Below, piece by piece: positions 53,846 to 64,000 of a stretch of 64,000 bases of DNA. The stretch spans positions 32,001 to 96,000 of the forward strand of contig OY968762.1 of the NCBI GenBank assembly GCA_963695225.1, given 5' to 3'. How positions within the stretch are numbered: position 1 is the stretch's first letter; each line of letters begins with the position of its first letter. The notes under the pieces are model-generated. The model did not search any database and was not told the origin of the DNA. It worked only from the letters and a program-made list of their open reading frames with translations. The translations under genes and the position numbers were made by a program. The stretch comes from Vulcanimicrobiota bacterium. Lineage in GTDB: Bacteria; Vulcanimicrobiota; Vulcanimicrobiia; Vulcanimicrobiales; Vulcanimicrobiaceae.

Positions 53846-55455
53846 GCGACGACCTCCGTCGCGACGTGCGTGCCGAAGACGGCGCGCAAGACGTCGCAGA
53901 CCTCACCGAGCGTCGCGCCCGCATCGACGGCTTCGACGAAACGCGGCATCAGGTTTGCGGTGCCTTCGGCGGCGGCGCGCACTTCGGCCAGGCGCCGCTC
54001 GACGAGCGCCCCGTCGCGCTCGCGCCGGTAGGTTTCGACCCGGCCGACTTGGTCGCGTTCGATCCGCGGGTCGATCCGTTGCAGGTCGATCTTCGCGGCA
54101 GCATCGGGCTCGACGAAGCGGTTGACGCCGACGACGACGGAATCGCCGCGTTCGATCGCCTGCTGCGCGCGGTACGCGGATTCGGCGATGCGGGAACCCA
54201 TCCAGCCGGAGGCGATCGCCTCGACGCTGCCGCCTTGCGCGTCGATCTCGCCGATCAGCGCTTGGGCGCGTTCGATCAGCGCTGCCGTCAGCGATTCGAC
54301 GTAATACGAGCCGGCCAGCGGGTCGACGACGTCCGCGACGCCGCTCTCGTAGCCGATGATCTGCTGCGTGCGCAGCGCGAGCCGGGCGGATTCCGCCGTG
54401 GGGAGCGCGAGCGCTTCGTCGCGCCCGTTCGTGTGCAGCGAGGACGTGCCGCCGAGAACGGCGGCGAGCGCTTGCAGCGTGACGCGGACGACGTTGTTGT
54501 CGGGCTCTTGCGCGGTCAGCGTCGAGCCGCCGGTTTGGGTGTGGAAGCGCAGCATCTGCGAGCGCGCATCTCTGGCCCCGAACTCATCGCGCGTGATAGC
54601 AGCCCAGATCGCGCGCGCGGCGCGATACTTCGCGATCTCCTCGAAGAAGTCGTTGTGCGCGTTCCAGAAGAACGAGATGCGCGGCGCGATGCGGTCGATG
54701 TCGAGCCCCGCTTCGCGCGCGGAACGCAGGTACGCCTTCGCGTTCGAGAGCGTGAACGCGATCTCTTCGACGGCCGTCGAGCCCGCTTCGCGGATGTGGT
54801 AGCCGGAGATCGAGATCGTGTTCCACTGCGGGACCGACTCGGCGCAATACGCCATCACGTCCGTGACGAGACGCATCGAAGGGCGCGGCGGGTAGATATA
54901 GGTCCCGCGCGCCACGTATTCTTTGAGCACGTCGTTCTGGATCGTTCCGCCGAGCTTATCGAACGGGATCCGGCGGCGGCGCGCGACGGCGAGCAGCATC
55001 GCGAGCAGGATCGAAGCCGGCGCGTTGATCGTCATCGAGACGGTGACGGCGTCGAGCGGAATCTCGTCGAAGAGCGTTTCGACGTCGCGAACGCCGTCGA
55101 TCGCGACGCCGACTTTCCCGACTTCGCCGCGGGCTTGCGGCGCGTCGGAATCGTAACCGAGCTGCGTCGGCAGGTCGAACGCAACCGAGAGTCCCGTCGT
55201 CCCCCGGGCGAGCAGATAGCGGTAGCGAGCGTTCGACTCGGCTGCCGTCGCGAACCCTGCGTATTGGCGCATCGTCCAAAGGCGCCCGCGGTACCCGTCG
55301 GCACGCAGGCCGCGCGTGAACGGGAAGCTCCCCGGCTCGCCGCTCGCGTGGGCGGCCAGCGCCTGCGCGGAGTCGGCCGGGCCGTAGCAGGCTTTGAGCG
55401 GGATCCCGCTGGCGTTTTCGTCGCGGGCGTGCGATGGACGAGAGCGTGCCTTCAT
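53842..55455 (-). CDS. Methylmalonyl-CoA mutase substrate-binding subunit (no B12 domain)
   Basis: [33 protein letters not shown]. Confidence 0.93.
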   Translation of the reverse strand: MKARSRPSHARDENASGIPLKACYGPADSAQALAAHASGEPGSFPFTRGLRADGYRGRLWTMRQYAGFATAAESNARYRYLLARGTTGLSVAFDLPTQLGYDSDAPQARGEVGKVGVAIDGVRDVETLFDEIPLDAVTVSMTINAPASILLAMLLAVARRRRIPFDKLGGTIQNDVLKEYVARGTYIYPPRPSMRLVTDVMAYCAESVPQWNTISISGYHIREAGSTAVEEIAFTLSNAKAYLRSAREAGLDIDRIAPRISFFWNAHNDFFEEIAKYRAARAIWAAITRDEFGARDARSQMLRFHTQTGGSTLTAQEPDNNVVRVTLQALAAVLGGTSSLHTNGRDEALALPTAESARLALRTQQIIGYESGVADVVDPLAGSYYVESLTAALIERAQALIGEIDAQGGSVEAIASGWMGSRIAESAYRAQQAIERGDSVVVGVNRFVEPDAAAKIDLQRIDPRIERDQVGRVETYRRERDGALVERRLAEVRAAAEGTANLMPRFVEAVDAGATLGEVCDVLRAVFGTHVATEVVA

Positions 55456-55568
55456 GATTTGTAAAGGTTCCGCATAGCAACGGTAAGCTCTTGGTAATCC
55501 GGGTAGAAATCGAGTGCCGGGCAGCGTAGGATCGAGGAAGTGGCATCCACGGAAAGACGGCACTCTCC

Positions 55569-55961
55569 ATGATGGAGTCCCTGGCGAACGGAATCGATCT
55601 CTCAGCGCCGGCGCGCGCGGAAACGTCGCCGTTGTTCCGGCGTGCCCTGCGCGAGTTCTTGGCCCGGACTCCGCTCAGCCGCGAGCGTACGGGCGACATC
55701 GTCCTTGCGGTCGGCGAGGCGACCGCGAACGCGATCGAGCATGCCTACCGGAACGCCCACGGAACGATCCGCTTGCGCGCGATGGCGACAGAAGCGCGCG
55801 TGATCGTCGAAGTGCAGGATACGGGGAAGTGGCGGATCGGCAATTCGCCCGACCGCGGACGCGGGCTCGGAATCATTCGTGCGCTCGTCGATTGCGCTTC
55901 GATCGAGAGCACGAGCGCGGGGACGTCCGTGCGCCTGGAGATCGTGCTCCAAGCCGGTTAA
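55569..55961 (+). CDS. RsbW-like HATPase anti-sigma factor
   Basis: [21 protein letters not shown]. Confidence 0.85.
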   Translation: MMESLANGIDLSAPARAETSPLFRRALREFLARTPLSRERTGDIVLAVGEATANAIEHAYRNAHGTIRLRAMATEARVIVEVQDTGKWRIGNSPDRGRGLGIIRALVDCASIESTSAGTSVRLEIVLQAG

Positions 55962-55965
55962 CGGC

Positions 55966-57144
55966 TCAAGCGCGAACGAGCGCCTGCGCCGATGCGTGCG
56001 GCCCGCCGCAGCCTCCGGCGAGCGCCGTGTACTCTAGCGGGTAGACGGTGACGTCCGCGTCCCGCAGACGCTGGATGAATGACGGACCGGCCGCCGCGGC
56101 GCATGCGTATGCGCGCGGACCGAGCAAGAACCCGTTCGCCGCGTGGCGCTCCCTTTCGCTCCTCGTGATCGGAACGATGCGCATTCCCTTTTCGGCGAGG
56201 TACTCCGGCAGCGTCGTCGTCCGCGCGAGCCGGTAGGCGTAATCGACGGCGGTGCCGTCGGGGACGTGGATTTCGACGCGCGGCGCGGTGGCGCCGAGAC
56301 GCTCCTCGGAGAGCGCGCAAAGATCGCGATCGAGGACCGTCAGTTCGGCATCGATGTGCGTCGCGTCGATCCCGCTTCGCTCGTCGTACACGAGCGCCAC
56401 TTCGACGCGTCCGTAGGCGCGCGCCGCGAGGCACTGCGCGACGCCCTCGCGATTCGTCAGCGAGCCGATGCCCTGCAGCGCGAACGTGCCGCAGGGGATG
56501 AAGTCGCCGCCCTCGAGCGTTCCCGGCGCGCGGACGCGGAGAATCGGAGCGATGCCGAGCGCGGCGAGGATCTTCTCTGCAAGGTCGCACTCGGGCGCGC
56601 GCACGTCGAGCCGCATCCGCCCGACGACGACGCCGGCTGAGGTGACCATCATCGGATCGCGCAGCGAGTATGCGTCCGGGAGTGCGCGCAGCGAGAACTC
56701 GGCGCACAGCTCGCTGTGCCGGTCGAGCGCGCGCGGATTCGGCGAGAGCGAGACGGCGGGCCGCAAGAAGAGCAACTCGACGAGATCGCTCGGCTCGGAT
56801 AGCGCGAGCAACGATTCGATGTGCGCTGCGATCCGGTCCCGCCGGTTCGAATCGACGGCCGCGTCGATCCGATGCTCGATCGTCGCGCGCGCCCACTCGC
56901 GCAGAACGTTCGGGCCGACGTGCGCTCTTGAAGCGAGCGCTTCCCGGACGTCGATCGTGCGGATGCGATGCTCGGCGAGGAGGCGGCGGAACGCCTCGTG
57001 CTCGCGCCGCGCCGCGGCGAGCGAGAACGCGCGGCGGAAATTCGCGGCACCGGGGGCGAGGACTCCAGCCAGAGCCTCGGTGCGCGGAGCGCAGAGCAAG
57101 ACCGCTTGCGGCCGAAGCCACTCCGCAGGTTGCGCCGCGCTCAT
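55966..57144 (-). CDS. Arginine deiminase/amidinotransferase family protein lacking the catalytic Cys
   Basis: REHEAF, LRDP, LEGGD, THID, GGPHASAQ. Confidence 0.8.
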   Translation of the reverse strand: MSAAQPAEWLRPQAVLLCAPRTEALAGVLAPGAANFRRAFSLAAARREHEAFRRLLAEHRIRTIDVREALASRAHVGPNVLREWARATIEHRIDAAVDSNRRDRIAAHIESLLALSEPSDLVELLFLRPAVSLSPNPRALDRHSELCAEFSLRALPDAYSLRDPMMVTSAGVVVGRMRLDVRAPECDLAEKILAALGIAPILRVRAPGTLEGGDFIPCGTFALQGIGSLTNREGVAQCLAARAYGRVEVALVYDERSGIDATHIDAELTVLDRDLCALSEERLGATAPRVEIHVPDGTAVDYAYRLARTTTLPEYLAEKGMRIVPITRSERERHAANGFLLGPRAYACAAAAGPSFIQRLRDADVTVYPLEYTALAGGCGGPHASAQALVRA

Positions 57145-58898
57145 GCGAGCGAGACGAGCGTCGTGTCGGACTCTACGGTCGTTCCGGGTTTGACGTGGAT
57201 CTGCGCGATCTTCCCGGCGCGGTGCGCCCGGATCTCGTTCATCATCTTCATCGCCTCGATCACCGCGACCACCTCGCCTTCGGCGACCTCCTTGTCGGGC
57301 TCGACGAGGATGGCGACGACGAGACCGTGCATGGGCGCGACGATCGCGTTCCCGTCTGCGGACCCTTTGAGCTTACCGTTGCGCCGGCGTTTGGGAATCA
57401 GCGGCGCGCGCGCGGCGGAACGAACGGTCCCGGTCGCCGGCGTCTGCTTGTCGAGCACGCGCACGAAGAAGAGCTTGTTGTTGACCTCGACGCGCACGAC
57501 GTCGGTCGCCGCCGGAGGTTGGGGCGCGGCTTCCGAGGCCCCCAGGACGGGAACCTGCGGGCGGTACGTCTCGGCGAACGCTTCGAGCGTCGCCGTGCCG
57601 AACGTGCCGCCGGCGACGGACGGCTCGTACGAGAGGGCGCGCGAGAACGCGAGCGTCGTCGGCACGCCCGCGATCTTGTAATCGTCGATCGCGCGGCGCA
57701 AGCGCGCGAACGCCTGCGCGCGGTCGGGCGCCCAGACTATCAACTTCGCGATCATCGAATCGTAATCGGGCGTGATCTGCGAGCCGAGCGCGGCGGCGGA
57801 ATCGACGCGAATGCCGAGCCCCGCCGGTTCCTGATAGGCCGTGAGCGTCCCAGGCGCCGGCGCGAAGTTGTCCGCAGGGTCCTCGGCGTTGACGCGCACT
57901 TCGATCGCATGCCCGCGCAGGTGGATCGCATCCTGTCCGTAGCCGAGCGGCTCCCCGGCGGCGACGCGAATCTGCTCGCGGATCAAGTCGAGCCCGCTGA
58001 CCATTTCGCTGATAGTGTGCTCGACCTGGATGCGCGTATTCATCTCGAGGAAGAAGAACTCATCGCCCGCGACGAGCGTCTCGATCGTCCCGACGCTGTC
58101 GTAGCCGATCGCCTGCGCCGCGCGCACGCCCGCTTCGCGGAGAGCGGTGCGGACGCGCTCGCTGATCTGCGCGGGCGTCTCCTCGAAGAGTTTCTGGTGG
58201 CGGCGTTGCAAGGAACAATCGCGCTCGCCGACGTGGACGACGTTGCCGTGCTTATCGGCGAGGATCTGCAACTCGACGTGCTTGGGATTGTCGAGGTACC
58301 GCTCGACGTAGATCGTGGGATTCTTGAAATACGCTTCGGCTTCGCGCCGGGAGGTGGAAAACGCGGACGGAATCTCGGCGAGCGTGCGCGCGATCTTGAG
58401 CCCCTTGCCGCCGCCCCCGCCCGACGCCTTGATCGCGATCGGCAGGCCGTATTCGCGGGCCGCGGCCTCCGCCTGCGCGACGCTCGTGACCGGTTCCGTC
58501 CCGCCCGGAACGACGGGCACCCCGGCGGCGACCATCGCCTGCCTTGACCGAATCTTGTCCCCCATCGCGTCGATCGCCGCCGGGTGCGGACCGACCCATG
58601 TCAGCCCCGCGGCAATGACCGTGCGCGCGAACCCGGCGTTCTCGGCGAGGAAGCCGTACCCCGGATGGATCGCGTCGGCGCCGGCGCGGCGCGCGACGTC
58701 GAGCAGCTTTTCGACGTTTAGGTAGCTCTGCGACGGCGCGGAGGGTCCGAGCAGATATGCGTCGTCGGCATAGCGGACGTGGATCGCGTCCCGATCGGCC
58801 TCTGAATAAACGGCGATCGTGTGGAGCCCCATCTCGCGGGCGGTCCGCATCACGCGAAGCGCGATCTCACCGCGATTCGCAACGAGCAAGCGTTTCAG
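57141..58898 (-). CDS. Biotin carboxylase-BCCP fusion (acyl-CoA carboxylase alpha)
   Basis: KRLLVANRGEIA, GGGGKG, EMNTRIQVEH, EAMKM. Confidence 0.95.
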   Translation of the reverse strand: MKRLLVANRGEIALRVMRTAREMGLHTIAVYSEADRDAIHVRYADDAYLLGPSAPSQSYLNVEKLLDVARRAGADAIHPGYGFLAENAGFARTVIAAGLTWVGPHPAAIDAMGDKIRSRQAMVAAGVPVVPGGTEPVTSVAQAEAAAREYGLPIAIKASGGGGGKGLKIARTLAEIPSAFSTSRREAEAYFKNPTIYVERYLDNPKHVELQILADKHGNVVHVGERDCSLQRRHQKLFEETPAQISERVRTALREAGVRAAQAIGYDSVGTIETLVAGDEFFFLEMNTRIQVEHTISEMVSGLDLIREQIRVAAGEPLGYGQDAIHLRGHAIEVRVNAEDPADNFAPAPGTLTAYQEPAGLGIRVDSAAALGSQITPDYDSMIAKLIVWAPDRAQAFARLRRAIDDYKIAGVPTTLAFSRALSYEPSVAGGTFGTATLEAFAETYRPQVPVLGASEAAPQPPAATDVVRVEVNNKLFFVRVLDKQTPATGTVRSAARAPLIPKRRRNGKLKGSADGNAIVAPMHGLVVAILVEPDKEVAEGEVVAVIEAMKMMNEIRAHRAGKIAQIHVKPGTTVESDTTLVSLA

Positions 58899-58901
58899 TT
58901 G

Positions 58902-59147
58902 TCACACCCTCCGGCGTGCCGCGCGAAGCACGTCGTATTCGTCGTTGTAATTGCGAGCGGCCCCGCGCCACTTCGGAACCGGCTCGATCTGGGCGGATGC
59001 CTCGGCCGTCGTGACGGCGGCCGCCATGACGGCGGCGATCGCGGCGATCTCCTCGGGAGTCGGTTCCGGGCGAATCGATAGAGTTGCTATCGGGACGTGC
59101 GGCGCCTGCCTCGGTAAGAGGACGGCACTTTCACTCGTTAGAGCCAC
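58902..59147 (-). CDS. Acyl-CoA carboxylase epsilon subunit-like (start uncertain)
   Basis: PEPTPEEIAAIAAV...PKWRGAAR. Confidence 0.7.
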   Translation of the reverse strand: MALTSESAVLLPRQAPHVPIATLSIRPEPTPEEIAAIAAVMAAAVTTAEASAQIEPVPKWRGAARNYNDEYDVLRAARRRV

Positions 59148-59304
59148 GTACGTGCTATGAGACACCGGGATGCCGCTTGCCTTTCGGCGGGAGCCGTGGG
59201 AGCAGGCCCTCCGTTGACTTCCAACTTGCATGTCGGAACGCCTAGGCTTATTGTGAGGCCATCCTCAATGCCACTCGGCGGCGCCGAGAGAACGGGTGGA
59301 TCCG

Positions 59305-59676
59305 ATGGCCGGAACCAAAGTGAAGGGTCTCGAGAGGAAACAGGCCGAGCATCCTGACGAATCCCGCGCTTTCCCGAAGGGAAAACTCGACGTCTTCCAT
59401 TTAGGCGGGACGCAAGTAGGCATAGCCGCGTTCCAGCCCGGTTGGAAGTGGTCCGAATGCGTGCAGCCGATCGCGAAGACGCACAGCTGCGAAACGCGCC
59501 ACTTGGGCTACGTCGTCCGCGGCCGCATAAAGATCGTGATGGACGACGGCTCCGAAGCGGAGTTCGGCCCCGGCGACCTCATGGCGTGCGAGCCCGGGCA
59601 CGACGCCTGGGTAATCGGCAGCGAACCCTGCGAGATCGTCGACTTCCTAGCCGCCCCAACCTACGCCCGCCGCTAA
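59305..59676 (+). CDS. Cupin domain protein
   Basis: QPGWKWSECVQP, CETRHLGY, PGHDAWV. Confidence 0.9.
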   Translation: MAGTKVKGLERKQAEHPDESRAFPKGKLDVFHLGGTQVGIAAFQPGWKWSECVQPIAKTHSCETRHLGYVVRGRIKIVMDDGSEAEFGPGDLMACEPGHDAWVIGSEPCEIVDFLAAPTYARR

Positions 59677-59766
59677 GCCGGCGCCTCAGTTCGGGCGGCT
59701 AGTCGCCCACGTCCGAGGCGACCGATCCGGCGGGTGAGCAAGTGCACGCCCGCTAGCCCGTAGGCA

Positions 59767-59917
59767 GCGTTCGGGGTGGAACTGGGAGCCTCCGCGGGGC
59801 GTACAGCTTTCCCGCGTAGCCAGGATGGCGAGAGCGGGAAAGTGGACGAGTAGCGATTTCGCATGGATGCGAAATCGCGGGCGTCCCCGCGGGGGCTCCC
59901 AGCTCCACCCCGAACGC
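59767..59917. repeat. 151-bp structured palindromic element, copy 2 (inverted)
   Basis: Reverse complement aligns without gaps to 15664-15814. Confidence 0.9.
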
Positions 59918-59947
59918 GGGGCTCGCCCTCACGCTTCGACGGCTTCG

Positions 59948-61513
59948 CTAAAGCGGAATGTTCCCGTGCTTGCGTTTCGGGCGATCGACGCGTTTGTTCG
60001 CGAGCGTGGCCAGCGCGCGCGAGACGGCTTGGCGCGTGCGGCTCGCTTCGATGACGTCGTCGACGTAGCCGCGTTGCGCGGCGATGAACGGGTTCGCGAA
60101 ACGTTCTTCGTATTCGCGGACGAGTTCGGCTTCGCGTTCGGCGGGATTGGACGCTTCGAGGATCTCGCGCCGGAAGATCGTGCGGACGGCGCCGGCCGCG
60201 CCCATCACGGCGATCTCCGCGGTCGGCCAGGCGACGTTGTAATCGGCGCGGATGTGCTTGGAGGCCATGACGTCGTACGCGCCGCCGTAAGCCTTGCGCG
60301 TGATGATCGTGATCTTCGGGACGGTCGCTTCGGCGAACGCGTAGAGAAGCTTCGCGCCGTGCTTGATGATGCCGCCGTATTCTTGCGCGGTGCCGGGCAG
60401 GAAGCCCGGAACGTCGACGAACGTGACGAGCGGGATGTTGAAGGCGTCGCAGAAGCGCACGAAGCGCGCGGCCTTGATCGAGGATGCGATGTCGAGGACG
60501 CCCGCCATCACCTTAGGCTGGTTGCCGACGATGCCGACCGTGGTGCCGTCGACGCGGCCGAAGCCGATCACGATGTTCGCGGCGTAAAGTTCGCCGATCT
60601 CGAAGAAGTCGCCGTCGTCGAGGACCGCCGCGATCGCGTCCTTGATGTCGTACGGCTTGTTCGGCGAATCGGGGATCAGCGCGTCGAGTTCGGGGCAGAG
60701 CCGCTCGGGATCGTCGTCGCAGGTGTAGCGCGGCGGATCCTCGAGATTGTTCTGCGGCACGAACGAGAGGAGGCGGCGCGTTTCCAGGCACATCTCGTCT
60801 TCGTCCGCCGCGACGAGATCGGTGACGCCGCTCTTCGTCGCGTGCGCGAGCGCGCCGCCGAGCTCTTCGAACGTGACGTCTTCGCCGGTGACGGTCTTGA
60901 TGATCTCGGGGCCGGTGATGAACATCTGCGAGATCTTCTCGACCATGATCGTGAAGTCGGTGATCGCGGGCGAATAGACGGCGCCGCCCGCGCAGGGGCC
61001 CGCGATCAAGCTCAACTGCGGGATCACGCCGCTGGCCTGCACGTTGCGCCAAAAGATCTCGGCGTAGCCGCCGAGGCTCACGACGCCCTCTTGGATGCGC
61101 GCGCCGCCGGAATCGTTGATGCCGACCATCGGCGAGCCGGTGCGCACTGCGAGGTCCATCACCTTGCAGATCTTCTCGGCGAAAACTTCGCCGAGCGAGC
61201 CGCCGAGGACCGAGAAATCCTGCGAGAACAAGAAGATCTGACGCCCGTCGATCGTCGCGCGTCCGGTGACGACGCCGTCGCCGAGGAACTCGCGTTCGTC
61301 GAGCCCGAACGCCGTCGACCGGTGCACCGCGAATTGATCGAGTTCCACGAACGAGCCGGGATCGACGAGCGCGTCGACGCGCTCCCGCGCAGTACGCTTG
61401 CCCCGTTTGCGTTGCCGTTCGTTCGAGCCGGCCCCGGCCGGCTCGGCGGCTTCGGCTCGCTTGGCGGCGAGGAGGTCGTACTTCGCTTGATGGGCCGGCT
61501 GTTCGAGCTTCAC
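59948..61513 (-). CDS. pccB: Propionyl/acyl-CoA carboxylase carboxyltransferase beta subunit
   Basis: [32 protein letters not shown]. Confidence 0.93.
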   Translation of the reverse strand: MKLEQPAHQAKYDLLAAKRAEAAEPAGAGSNERQRKRGKRTARERVDALVDPGSFVELDQFAVHRSTAFGLDEREFLGDGVVTGRATIDGRQIFLFSQDFSVLGGSLGEVFAEKICKVMDLAVRTGSPMVGINDSGGARIQEGVVSLGGYAEIFWRNVQASGVIPQLSLIAGPCAGGAVYSPAITDFTIMVEKISQMFITGPEIIKTVTGEDVTFEELGGALAHATKSGVTDLVAADEDEMCLETRRLLSFVPQNNLEDPPRYTCDDDPERLCPELDALIPDSPNKPYDIKDAIAAVLDDGDFFEIGELYAANIVIGFGRVDGTTVGIVGNQPKVMAGVLDIASSIKAARFVRFCDAFNIPLVTFVDVPGFLPGTAQEYGGIIKHGAKLLYAFAEATVPKITIITRKAYGGAYDVMASKHIRADYNVAWPTAEIAVMGAAGAVRTIFRREILEASNPAEREAELVREYEERFANPFIAAQRGYVDDVIEASRTRQAVSRALATLANKRVDRPKRKHGNIPL

Positions 61514-61589
61514 GCTGCGCGTGTTCGCAGCGGAGCGTGCGCTGCCCCGCAGGACGGACCTCGCGCGTCGCCCGGCAAAAGGGTCCGGA

Positions 61590-62060
61590 ATGGACGGCCG
61601 TGAGGATCCCGTCGAGATCGAGCGCGCGGGGCCGCTCGACGGTCCGGCCGTCGCTGCGATCCTGGAGCGCTATTTCGACGCGATCGACCTTCCGCCCGAG
61701 CAGCGCGACGATCCGGCCGAAATCGCATCCTATCTCGTTCCGCCCAAGGGGCTGTGGCTCGCGCGGGACGGGGGCCGCGTCCTCGGCGCGATCGCGTTGC
61801 GCCCGCTCGCAGGGCATGCGGGCGCCTGCGAGATCAAACGGCTCTTCGTCGAGCCGGAGGCGCGCGGCCGAGGGATCGCGCACGCCCTGCTCGATACGCT
61901 GGAAGCTGCCGCGCGCGCGGCGGGGTACGTGCGAGCGTACCTCGATTCGCGTGGGGACCTGACGGCCGCGCTCGCGTTCTACGAGCTCCGGGGCTATCGC
62001 CCGTGCGAACGCTATAACGACAACCCCGAGGCGACGCACTTCCTACGCCGCGAGCTGTAG
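61590..62060 (+). CDS. GNAT family acetyltransferase
   Basis: [22 protein letters not shown]. Confidence 0.9.
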   Translation: MDGREDPVEIERAGPLDGPAVAAILERYFDAIDLPPEQRDDPAEIASYLVPPKGLWLARDGGRVLGAIALRPLAGHAGACEIKRLFVEPEARGRGIAHALLDTLEAAARAAGYVRAYLDSRGDLTAALAFYELRGYRPCERYNDNPEATHFLRREL

Positions 62061-62135
62061 AGGACATCCCCCTTTCGGGGTAAGAGAATGGGGCCCCGAT
62101 GTGGGGCACGCTTTGTTCGAAAGTGGGAGAGTGAC

Positions 62136-62477
62136 ATGGGTTGGCTCGCACGCATTTTCGGCATCCACCAAGACGCGGCGGCGGCACCCGCGGTAGCGAC
62201 CGCGGCACCTGCGGCCGACGCACCGGCGGAGGTTCCACCGGAGCGCAAGGGTTTGAACGGAGAATACGATCAGTCCGGTCTCGCCAAGCGCGTCGTCAAG
62301 GCGTTCGATGATGCGGGAATCGAGGACGCGCCGCACCTCTACGTCGCGCAGACGGGCACGACGGTCGTCTTCAAGGGGAACGTCCACAGCCAAGAGATCA
62401 TCGACCAACTCGCGGAGATCGCAAAGGGTGTCGAGGGCGCGCAGGCCGTCGACACGTCGGAGGTTCACGTCGTCTAG
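62136..62477 (+). CDS. BON domain protein
   Basis: PPERKGLNGEYDQSGLAKRV, VAQTGTTVVFKG. Confidence 0.8.
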   Translation: MGWLARIFGIHQDAAAAPAVATAAPAADAPAEVPPERKGLNGEYDQSGLAKRVVKAFDDAGIEDAPHLYVAQTGTTVVFKGNVHSQEIIDQLAEIAKGVEGAQAVDTSEVHVV

Positions 62478-62512
62478 CGGCGCTGCGACGGCCGGCTTCG
62501 CGGCTCGCATCG

Positions 62513-63976
62513 TTACGATGCGGGCCGCGTACCTTTCCGGACGATCCGCCCGCGCTCGAGGTGGAGTTCGTGCGTGATGGAGCGCGGCAGCTCGTCGTCG
62601 TGCGCGACGACCACGAGCGCGGTACCGCGCCGCGCGAGATCGTCGAGCAGCTCGAGGAGCGCGGCGCGCACGCCCGGATCGAGCCCCTCGGAGGCTTCGT
62701 CGGCGATGAAAATGTCGGGTTCGCGAACGAGCGCGCGCGCGAGCAGCGCGCGGCGCCGTTCCCCGAACGAGAGCTGCAGGAATGGGCGCCCTGCGAGCGC
62801 GCGCAAATCGAAGCGCTCGAGCAATTCGGCGACGCGCGCGCGCTGCGCGGCGTCGAGTTCCTCAAAGAGGCCGACGCTCGAGAAGAAGCCCGAGGCGACG
62901 ACGGCACCCGTCGCTTCACTCCGATCGTATCCGGTCTGCGTCTCGTCGGAGAGCAGCACGATGCGCCGCTTGAGTTCGTCGAGCGTATGCCGCGCGCGGC
63001 CGAAGCGCTCGACGCTCGAACCGAGGACGGCCGGCACGGTCCCCGCGACCAGCCGTGCGAACGTGCTCTTCCCGGCGCCGTTCGGGCCGCGAATCACCCA
63101 ATGCTCGCCGGGCTCGAGCGTCCATTCGATCTCGCGCAAGACCTCGGTTCCGTCCAGCACGACGCCGGCGCGCGAGATGCGCACGAGCGCTTGTCGCGCG
63201 AGCGGCGCGGCGGCCCGGATCTCGAGCGGCGCGGGGCCGGGCGCGCTTGGCGCTGCGGGGACGAAGCGCGGCCGGCGGGGCGCGTGCGGGACGGCGACGC
63301 CGCCGTCGCGCAGGTGCAACTCGTGCGCGATGAAGCGCGGGAGATGGTCGACGCGATGCGAGGAGCAGACGATCGTCGTTCGCTCCGCGATTCGTTCGAG
63401 CAGCTCGAAGAGGGCGCTGCGGGAGCGCGCATCGAGGCCGGAAGCGAACTCGTCGAGCAACAGGATGCGCGGCGCGCCGGCGAGCGCGCGCGCGATCAGG
63501 ATGCGGCGCAGCGCGCCGTGCGAGAGCGTGCGCGCGTCCGCCGCGGCCGGCGTCTCCAGCGCCAGCTCGGCCACCAGCGCGTCGACCGTTTCGTCTTGCG
63601 CGGGCGTCGGCGGGCGCGGGACGTAATCTTCGCCGAACAGGCCGCTCGCGATCACGTCTCGCCCGCTCATCGCGAAGCTCAGGCGGCGGCGGCGCTCCTG
63701 CTGCTCGGGCGAGACGTAGGCGATCGCCGCGAGCGCGCCGATCGGCCCCGCATCGGTGAAAGGATACGCGCGCGTCCCGCCGGGATCAGGCCACAGTTCG
63801 CCGCGGATCACGCGCAACAGCGTGCTCTTCCCCGCGCCGTTGGGGCCGGTCAGCGCCCAGTGTTCCCCAGCGCGCAGCGACCAGGTGACGTCGCGCAGGA
63901 CGCGCCGCCCCCGCAACGTCAGATCGACGTGCTCCAGTTCGACGAGCAGCTCGCCCGACGGCGCGTTCGCTACCAA
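62513..63976 (-). CDS. Tandem ABC ATPase (ModF-like)
   Basis: Two GPNGAGKST Walker A motifs, LSHG/LSFGE signatures. Confidence 0.88.
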   Translation of the reverse strand: MVANAPSGELLVELEHVDLTLRGRRVLRDVTWSLRAGEHWALTGPNGAGKSTLLRVIRGELWPDPGGTRAYPFTDAGPIGALAAIAYVSPEQQERRRRLSFAMSGRDVIASGLFGEDYVPRPPTPAQDETVDALVAELALETPAAADARTLSHGALRRILIARALAGAPRILLLDEFASGLDARSRSALFELLERIAERTTIVCSSHRVDHLPRFIAHELHLRDGGVAVPHAPRRPRFVPAAPSAPGPAPLEIRAAAPLARQALVRISRAGVVLDGTEVLREIEWTLEPGEHWVIRGPNGAGKSTFARLVAGTVPAVLGSSVERFGRARHTLDELKRRIVLLSDETQTGYDRSEATGAVVASGFFSSVGLFEELDAAQRARVAELLERFDLRALAGRPFLQLSFGERRRALLARALVREPDIFIADEASEGLDPGVRAALLELLDDLARRGTALVVVAHDDELPRSITHELHLERGRIVRKGTRPAS

Positions 63977-64000
63977 ATCCCGAGTTGGACTTTCGCGTCC

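Noticed and set aside
53842..55455. Truncated methylmalonyl-CoA mutase
   Set aside because: Split mutases with a separate B12-binding subunit are common, and the ORF is intact.

Overview
High-GC bacterial chromosome segment. Positions 1-~6520 are the right end of a decayed, lower-GC genomic island. It carries: an operon of excisionase-like HTH, PIN toxin and a >1068-aa Mrr-like nuclease/STAND NTPase/HEAT-repeat protein (missed by the ORF track because it runs off the left edge); an RHH-fusion protein; an NYN RNase with a non-canonical start behind a two-hairpin, terminator-ended leader RNA; a helicase/integrase deletion scar; and a tRNA-3'-like att remnant. The rest is mostly core genome: etfBA, ECF sigma/anti-sigma/MucB, Nramp-like transporter, ahcY-metK, hmgA, aldehyde dehydrogenase, tRNA-Asn followed by mobile mystery A/B, mscL, M3 peptidase, feoAB, polar amino-acid ABC transporter, MntA-HepT, a peptidoglycan-recycling cluster (nagZ, esterase, anmK, kinase, murQ, DUF4127), corA and a propionyl-/methylmalonyl-CoA cluster. 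Two copies of a 151-bp structured intergenic element (15664-15814 and 59767-59917) show eight compensatory base-pair changes. All family calls come from recognising motifs by eye; no database searches were run.
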